Positions 17,383 through 22,786 of a stretch of DNA of 22,786 bases are shown one piece after another (the first letter of the stretch is position 1; each line of letters begins with the position of its first letter). The translations under genes and the position numbers were made by a program. Where the stretch lies: the IMG/VR virus record IMGVR_UViG_2547132415_000008, positions 1 through 22,786 of that record, one strand, 5' to 3'. The stretch is from a virus (Duplodnaviria; Heunggongvirae; Uroviricota; Caudoviricetes). The notes under the pieces were generated by a model. It was not told where the DNA came from and ran no database searches. It saw nothing but the letters and a program-made list of their open reading frames with translations.

Positions 17383-17724
17383 ATGAGGGGTATTATTTTT
17401 CTGTTAGCTGTCTTTTCTGCGTGCAGCGCGTGGGCGGATGGCTTCACGGTTAAATGCGGTGGCTACACTATGGTTGCAAACCAGGGCGAGTTATCGACTA
17501 TCAACGGTGAAAGAGTTACCTCTCAAAAAATCACCGAACTGGGTACCAATGGTTTGAAAGTAGACATGGGGCTTATGCCTGCCAAAGACGGTAACAACTA
17601 CGGCTTTGAATACATTCGTCGCCCTGGTACCGAAACGCGATTCCTGAATATCCAGCTTCTGCAGAACAGCATGGATGCGCCGAAAATCATCGGATCTTTC
17701 CCTTGTAAAAAAGTGGCTGGGTGA
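17383..17724 (+). CDS. Small secreted protein or lipoprotein with N-terminal signal peptide (moron candidate)
   Basis: 113 aa; MRGIIFLLAVFSACSAWADG has a hydrophobic core, a lipobox-like FSAC and an AWA-DG signal peptidase I site. Two further Cys in the mature part. Not expected for a virion tail component. Confidence 0.6.
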   Translation: MRGIIFLLAVFSACSAWADGFTVKCGGYTMVANQGELSTINGERVTSQKITELGTNGLKVDMGLMPAKDGNNYGFEYIRRPGTETRFLNIQLLQNSMDAPKIIGSFPCKKVAG

Positions 17725-17750
17725 AGGTAACCTGAAATTCGTAACGCCTG

Positions 17751-17789
17751 AAAAACAACAAAATGTGCTCTAAAAACTGTTGTTTTTTG
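17751..17789 (+). terminator. AT-rich hairpin with T-run, weak candidate terminator upstream of the cassette
   Basis: AAAAACAACA (17751..17760) pairs with TGTTGTTTTT (17778..17787); loop is 17 nt; T-run follows. Weak. Confidence 0.3.
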
Positions 17790-17809
17790 AGACGAGCGAT
17801 TACACTGCA

Positions 17810-17850
17810 CTGACTTTTTGATGGTGGATTGCCATCGATATGCTACTTCA
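17810..17850 (+). promoter_or_regulatory. Possible cassette promoter (TTGATG -35-like at 17818..17823, TATGCT -10-like at 17839..17844)
   Basis: Hexamers read by eye; spacing is 15 bp, which is suboptimal. Low confidence. Confidence 0.2.
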
Positions 17851-17873
17851 TTAAAGCCAGGAATAACTAAAAC

Positions 17874-18605
17874 ATGAGTTTAGCGCAGCCAAAATCAGGA
17901 GAACTGTTAGATCTTCTGACTCCTTCATTAACTAAGGGTGAAAACCTTCTGAGTGAGTTTGAAATCCATCGAATCATTCGTGAAGCGAAGAAACTACCTG
18001 AACGTTATCAGGGGCTATCAATTGAAGGCTTAGCTAAGCTTGTTCTTGGTGAAATAGATGAAGGATGTTCACTCTGTGAGCGGGGGTTGAGAATAGCGCC
18101 TAACGATCCAGTTTCTTTTTGTAACTATACGATTGCGCTGCGTAACTTAGGTTTGCATGCTCGCCAGTATGTGATGATTCAGAAAGCATCTGATTCACTT
18201 AATCCAACGATATTGGCTGAGGTTGCTACAATTTCTGCATACTGGGTTGATATCGATTTGCTTGAAAAGGTGATGCCGATGCTAACTGCAATGGAAGTAC
18301 CGCGCCCTGAAGATATGGGCAAATGGTATGACACGCTCAATTATCTGCATACCCAAAAAGATCATGCTCAGGAGCTAAAAACTATTGGGCGGCTCATGAT
18401 GAACGTTGCAGAAAAGTACCGCGCTCGTCTTGCTGGCGCTCATGCTTTTTATGTAATGTCAGAACTTGATACGCTGTTCGTTGAAGTCAAAACAGACGAT
18501 CCAGTGCTTCTTTCGCAGATGAATAATGCCTTGGCTGATGAGATTATTATTGCGGGGCTTGCGGATTCAGAATGCGTCGGATGCTTTGAAGCCGGGGAAC
18601 TCTAA
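17874..18605 (+). CDS. Cassette gene A: uncharacterised 243-aa protein, helical, TPR-like segment and two CxxC motifs
   Basis: ATG 17874 with AGGAATAA upstream. Lower GC than flanking tail genes by eye. CSLC near residue 64 and CVGC near residue 232; segment GLRIAPNDPVSFCNYTIALRNLGLHARQYVMIQKA looks TPR-like. Stop overlaps gene B start (TAATG). Confidence 0.7.
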   Translation: MSLAQPKSGELLDLLTPSLTKGENLLSEFEIHRIIREAKKLPERYQGLSIEGLAKLVLGEIDEGCSLCERGLRIAPNDPVSFCNYTIALRNLGLHARQYVMIQKASDSLNPTILAEVATISAYWVDIDLLEKVMPMLTAMEVPRPEDMGKWYDTLNYLHTQKDHAQELKTIGRLMMNVAEKYRARLAGAHAFYVMSELDTLFVEVKTDDPVLLSQMNNALADEIIIAGLADSECVGCFEAGEL

Positions 18606-19033
18606 TGTCGGTTGAGCATACCTGTTTTCTTGAATTGGCTAAGCATTCCCTGGCTCTAAACGGTGAGATGTGGACGAGAAATGCTATTAGCCGAGCATAC
18701 TATGGTATGTACCATTCCGCCTTACGGATCACCAACAATCTGGTACCGACCGCTACACAAGATGGTGAAAAACTAAAAGGTGGAGTTCACATGCGAGTCT
18801 ATACGGCCTTTTGTAGTGGTGAGGCAGCTGCACTTAACGATGTTGATGTTAACGCAGTAAAGAAAATCGGCGTTAAACTGAAAATGACGCATGCCCAACG
18901 TGTTAATTCTGATTACAAGCTTGAGCGGAAAATCAACCGGATTACCGCGAGAAGTGTAATTCTGGATGCGGAAGAGGTCGATGCAATCGTTAATCAATTA
19001 CTGAAGATTGGTGATGACTCGTTAACTGCATAA
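18605..19033 (+). CDS. Cassette gene B: uncharacterised 142-aa protein with HEPN-like R-x6-H motif (RAYYGMYH)
   Basis: Translationally coupled to gene A; low GC by eye; followed 22 nt later by a strong intrinsic terminator. Motif RAYYGMYHSALRI resembles the HEPN helix signature from memory; unverified. Confidence 0.7.
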   Translation: MSVEHTCFLELAKHSLALNGEMWTRNAISRAYYGMYHSALRITNNLVPTATQDGEKLKGGVHMRVYTAFCSGEAAALNDVDVNAVKKIGVKLKMTHAQRVNSDYKLERKINRITARSVILDAEEVDAIVNQLLKIGDDSLTA

Positions 19034-19054
19034 GCTGAAATTTCTCAAAATTCA

Positions 19055-19078
19055 AACCCGCCACTTGGCGGGTTTTTT
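19055..19078 (+). terminator. Rho-independent terminator closing the cassette
   Basis: AACCCGCC (19055..19062), loop ACTT, GGCGGGTT (19067..19074): 8-bp GC-rich stem followed by TTTT. Confidence 0.8.
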
Positions 19079-19097
19079 GCTTTCTGGAGCCTACTAA

Positions 19098-19850
19098 ATG
19101 GCAGTATCTGACCAGACCCGCAGCGGCGACCTTGCCGAAACATTTAAATCTGAACGGGAAACAACAAAGAACCAGATCCGTGTCGCCTTGCCTGGCATTA
19201 TTCAGTCATTCGATCCTGACGCGGTGACGGCGGTTGTGCAGCCAGCTATCCGGTCAGTTGAAAAGGATAACGACGGTAACCGCATTACCAAAAATTACCC
19301 ATTGCTGGTGGATGTGCCAGTGGTATTCCCGCGCGGCGGAGGCTGTACGTTGACTTTTCCGGTAAAAGCTGGGGATGAGTGTCTTGTCGTTTTTGCCGAT
19401 CGTTGTATTGATTTCTGGTGGCAGAGCGGCGGGATACAGGAGACGGTTGATGACAGAATGCATGATTTATCGGATGCGTTTTGTATTGTCGGTCCCCAGT
19501 CGCAGGCTAGGAAGATTAGCGGTATTAATACCAGTGCCACACAGTTGCGTAGTGACGACGGCAGCACCTATTTTGAGCTTAATCCTGATACCAGGAAAAT
19601 TAAAATTGTCGCTCCGGGGGGGCTTGATGTGGTTGCCCCCCTGGCTGATTTTTCTGAGAAAGTAACCATTCATGGCCTGTTAACCTGGATGGGGGGCATG
19701 GTGGGGTCTGTGGTTTCTGGTGTGGCTTCAAAAATCACTGGTGCTGTTGAGTTTTTGGGGAGCGTGAAGGCTAACGGCAAGCCAATCGATGATACGCACA
19801 CTCATGGCGGTGTTCAGCGCGGTGGAAGCAATACCGATGGGGTAAACTGA
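19098..19850 (+). CDS. Baseplate central spike / assembly protein (gpV-like)
   Basis: 250 aa; RBS GGAG 8 nt upstream; followed by coupled baseplate wedge genes; Gly-rich C-terminus. Confidence 0.55.
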   Translation: MAVSDQTRSGDLAETFKSERETTKNQIRVALPGIIQSFDPDAVTAVVQPAIRSVEKDNDGNRITKNYPLLVDVPVVFPRGGGCTLTFPVKAGDECLVVFADRCIDFWWQSGGIQETVDDRMHDLSDAFCIVGPQSQARKISGINTSATQLRSDDGSTYFELNPDTRKIKIVAPGGLDVVAPLADFSEKVTIHGLLTWMGGMVGSVVSGVASKITGAVEFLGSVKANGKPIDDTHTHGGVQRGGSNTDGVN

Positions 19851-20203
19851 TGCGATACAGACGTGAAGACGCCGATGGCGATTACACCTTTGGCAGCGGT
19901 GATGACACCTGGCTGATTAACTCACCGGAGGCCGTGGCGCAGGCGGTAAAAACGCGATTCGAATTGTGGTATGGGCAATGGTTTCTCGACACCACCGAGG
20001 GGACTCCGTGGATCCAGTCCGTACTCGGTAAGCAGAAGCCGGAAACCTACAACCTGGCGATCCGTAAGCGCATCCTCGAAACGCGGGGCGTTAAATCAAT
20101 CCTCTCTTTCAATACGACAGTGGATACCACGACCCGACGTGTCATGTTTTCCGCTGAAATCGACACTCTTTATGGAATAACGACTGTTACATCGGAGGCG
20201 TAA
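19850..20203 (+). CDS. Baseplate wedge protein (gpW / gp25-like)
   Basis: 117 aa; start overlaps previous stop (TGATG); size and position typical of the small baseplate wedge subunit preceding a J-like gene. Confidence 0.55.
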   Translation: MRYRREDADGDYTFGSGDDTWLINSPEAVAQAVKTRFELWYGQWFLDTTEGTPWIQSVLGKQKPETYNLAIRKRILETRGVKSILSFNTTVDTTTRRVMFSAEIDTLYGITTVTSEA

Positions 20204-21402
20204 TGGCTCTGAACCTTGATTCTCTCGGTTTATCTGCAAAGGTAACCGCGGAGGGGATCAGTGCGCCTGATTATCAGACGATACTCAGCACCCTGATTGG
20301 CTATTTTCAGCAGATTTATGGCAGTGATGCCTACCTCGAACCGGACAGCAAAGACGGCCAGATGGTGGCTCTGATGGCGCTGGCGATTCATGATGCCAAT
20401 AATATGGCGATAACTGTCTACAACTGTTTTTCACCGGCAACCGGCTATGGGGCTGCACTGACCAGTAACGTGAAAATAAATGGTATTTCACGTAAAGGCG
20501 CAACGAATTCTACGGTTGATTTGCTTCTTACAGGAACTGCCGGAACAACCATCATTAATGGCAGCGTGAAAGACAGTAATAATGTGATATGGCGTTTGCC
20601 TGCTTCAGTGGTGGTCGGCGTGGATGGTACAGTGATGGCGACCGCAACATGTTCCGTCAGTGGTGCAGTGGCGGCGCTGGCTGGAACTATCACTGAAATT
20701 AATACGCCAACCCGTGGCTGGGTTTCGGTAACTAATCCTGCTGCGGCTACTGTGGGCACTCCGGCAGAAACTGACGCTGAGTTACGTATCCGCCAGTCGC
20801 AAAGTGTTGCGTTGCCATCAATAACCCCATTTGAAGCACTGGATGGTGCTGTTTCTAATGTTACCGGTGTAACCCGCCACAAACTCTATGAAAACGATAC
20901 TGGTTCGGAGGACGGTAACGGGTTACCGCCACACTCTGTTGCTGTAATTGTGGATGGCGGTGATGTGACGGATATTGCTCAGGCTATCAGAGGGAATAAA
21001 GGCCAGGGGACAGCCACTCACGGTACAACATCCGTTACGGTTCCGGATAAATACGGCAATCCCCATGTAATCAAATTCTCGCGTTCCAGTGATGTACCTG
21101 TTTATGCCCGGATTAAATTAAAAGTTTTTACGGGTTATACCTCACAGATAGGGCAGCAGATCCAGCAGGCTATTTCCGACTATATCAATAGTCTGATGAT
21201 TGGTGATTCGGTCCTTTTAAGTCGCATTTACTCACCGGCGAATCTTGGCGTGGTGAGTGGCGGGAATGCACGCTATTACGATATTCAGGAACTGACGATT
21301 GGGAAATCCCCGGGGGCTTTGTCGTCATCAAACATTGATATCAGATACAACGAATCTGCGTCCTGTACCCCGGAAAATATCGTTATAACGGTGGAGTCAT
21401 GA
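20203..21402 (+). CDS. Baseplate J-like protein
   Basis: 399 aa; coupled start (TAATG); size and position between the W-like gene and the tail-fibre-proximal gene. Confidence 0.65.
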   Translation: MALNLDSLGLSAKVTAEGISAPDYQTILSTLIGYFQQIYGSDAYLEPDSKDGQMVALMALAIHDANNMAITVYNCFSPATGYGAALTSNVKINGISRKGATNSTVDLLLTGTAGTTIINGSVKDSNNVIWRLPASVVVGVDGTVMATATCSVSGAVAALAGTITEINTPTRGWVSVTNPAAATVGTPAETDAELRIRQSQSVALPSITPFEALDGAVSNVTGVTRHKLYENDTGSEDGNGLPPHSVAVIVDGGDVTDIAQAIRGNKGQGTATHGTTSVTVPDKYGNPHVIKFSRSSDVPVYARIKLKVFTGYTSQIGQQIQQAISDYINSLMIGDSVLLSRIYSPANLGVVSGGNARYYDIQELTIGKSPGALSSSNIDIRYNESASCTPENIVITVES

Positions 21403-22079
21403 GCAAATATACCGAACTAATCACGAACTACCACGCCACCAAACCTAAATTTCTTGCACATGTTGATCTGATGACCCGGCCGCTTATTGATGTTGCGGCG
21501 GCCACCAGAGGGCTGATTACTGCATTTGATATTGACTCTGCGGTTGGTGTGCAACTTGACATTCTGGGATTGTGGATCGGACGTAGCCGTGTTGTCAGCC
21601 AGCCTATCTCAGGTGTCTATTTCAGCTGGGATACCGACGGGCTTGGATATGATCAGGGTGTATGGCATGGGCCATACGATCCTGATTCCGGATACATGTA
21701 CCTCAGCGATGAAACTTATCGTGTCATCCTTAAAGCGAAGATTGCGATTAATAACTGGGACGGACGGAATGATTCGCTTCCAGCAATTCTTGACGCTGCA
21801 ACAGCAGGATCCGGGCTGCGAATGCAGATAGTCGATAACCAGGACATGACGATATCGGTCTGGGTCTTTCCTGATACTGATATTTCAGATGTATCGCGTG
21901 AGTTAATTGCGGCAATTAAACAGGGGTATCTAACAGTAAAAGCCGCCGGGGTATGGGCGGGGGGCATTGAAACACCTTCGGTGGAAACTCCATCTGAAGG
22001 CTCTAAATTTTTTGGTTTTGATATGGATAACGAATTCATCAGTGGTTTTGATGTAGGGGCATGGGGAGTATTACTCTGA
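21399..22079 (+). CDS. Baseplate / tail-fibre-attachment protein (gpI-like, hypothetical)
   Basis: 226 aa; ATGA overlap with the J-like gene; precedes the tail fibre gene. Confidence 0.5.
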   Translation: MSKYTELITNYHATKPKFLAHVDLMTRPLIDVAAATRGLITAFDIDSAVGVQLDILGLWIGRSRVVSQPISGVYFSWDTDGLGYDQGVWHGPYDPDSGYMYLSDETYRVILKAKIAINNWDGRNDSLPAILDAATAGSGLRMQIVDNQDMTISVWVFPDTDISDVSRELIAAIKQGYLTVKAAGVWAGGIETPSVETPSEGSKFFGFDMDNEFISGFDVGAWGVLL

Positions 22080-22777
22080 TGGCGAAAAATGACTTTAAAG
22101 CGTTTGCAACTGATCGAAATGCCAATGTTATGTCGCAGGAGGAATGGGAAGCGTTGCCTGCGCTTATATCCGGATTTACAGCAGGGAAAGCATCCAGTGC
22201 GCAAGTCAATAAGGTTATTCGGCAGGCCAGCTTTATTGCTGCAGCTCTGGCCCAGTTTGTAAGTGATAAAACGCAACGGGATGTGCTTGATAATGGTGAT
22301 CTGCCCGGTTTTGTTGAATTGCTGGGATCGGGGTTTGCTGTTGAATACCTGAGCCGCAAGAATCCGTTTGGCGATATCAAATCGGATGGCACGGTGAAAA
22401 CGGCTCTCGAAAACCTTGGTTTGGGAGAAGCAGCTAAAAGGAATGTAGGTACAGGGGCGAATCAGATACCTGATATGAGCCTGTTCGCGTCAAGTAATAC
22501 CGCAACGGCTGCTGCGCAAAAATTTCCGTCTGGATTAATTTTACAGTGCGGTCAGTTGAATGGCTCCCCTAATGTATCTTCAACATACGGGATGAGGTTC
22601 CCGATGACATTCTCAAGAGTCCTTGCTGTCACAGTTACATTGAACGTTACTGGCGCGGCAGGGCAGCCGACTGTATCGGCGACAAATGTCCAGAACACTG
22701 GATTTAATATTACAGTGTCGCCCGGTTCAGGATATGGTTCATCTGCTGATGCGTATTACATTGCAATGGGATATTAA
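22079..22777 (+). CDS. Tail fibre protein (short, Ala/Gly/Ser/Thr-rich)
   Basis: ATG 22079 overlaps the previous stop (TGATG); the track ORF starts at 22061. 232 aa, compositionally fibre-like, ending 9 nt before the window edge. Confidence 0.55.
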   Translation: MAKNDFKAFATDRNANVMSQEEWEALPALISGFTAGKASSAQVNKVIRQASFIAAALAQFVSDKTQRDVLDNGDLPGFVELLGSGFAVEYLSRKNPFGDIKSDGTVKTALENLGLGEAAKRNVGTGANQIPDMSLFASSNTATAAAQKFPSGLILQCGQLNGSPNVSSTYGMRFPMTFSRVLAVTVTLNVTGAAGQPTVSATNVQNTGFNITVSPGSGYGSSADAYYIAMGY

Positions 22778-22786
22778 CGAAATGTC

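Noticed and set aside
1-22786. Integrase, attachment site or immunity region
   Set aside because: None seen; the window covers only the late region from the end of Q to the first tail fibre gene.

Overview
The window is a prophage late region, all genes on the + strand, with the look of an Enterobacteriaceae lambdoid phage carrying a contractile (myovirus-type) tail. In order: 3' end of a Q-type antiterminator gene (partial at window start); a TTGACA late-promoter candidate and a short hairpin plus T-tract; two tRNA-like genes (Asn-GTT-like, Thr-TGT-like); a phage-21-type lysis cassette (dual-start pinholin, SAR endolysin, overlapped spanin pair); small and large terminase (Walker-A GGRSSSKS) with a cluster of GGTACGCA repeats inside the small-subunit gene; portal; head morphogenesis protein; scaffold-like protein with an acidic tract; major capsid; head-tail joining proteins; tail sheath; tail tube; tail chaperone with a -1 frameshift extension; tape measure; baseplate genes; start of the tail fibre module. 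The most interesting element is a two-gene, translationally coupled cassette (17874..19033) of visibly lower GC, bracketed by hairpins (a strong intrinsic terminator downstream), inserted between the baseplate hub and spike genes, preceded by a small secreted or lipoprotein gene. Neither cassette protein resembles a virion component; the second has a HEPN-like R-x6-H motif. I propose it as a candidate uncharacterised defence, abortive-infection or toxin-antitoxin-like module. All functional calls rest on reading the supplied translations and the DNA by eye, with no database search; GC differences are estimates by eye, not computed.
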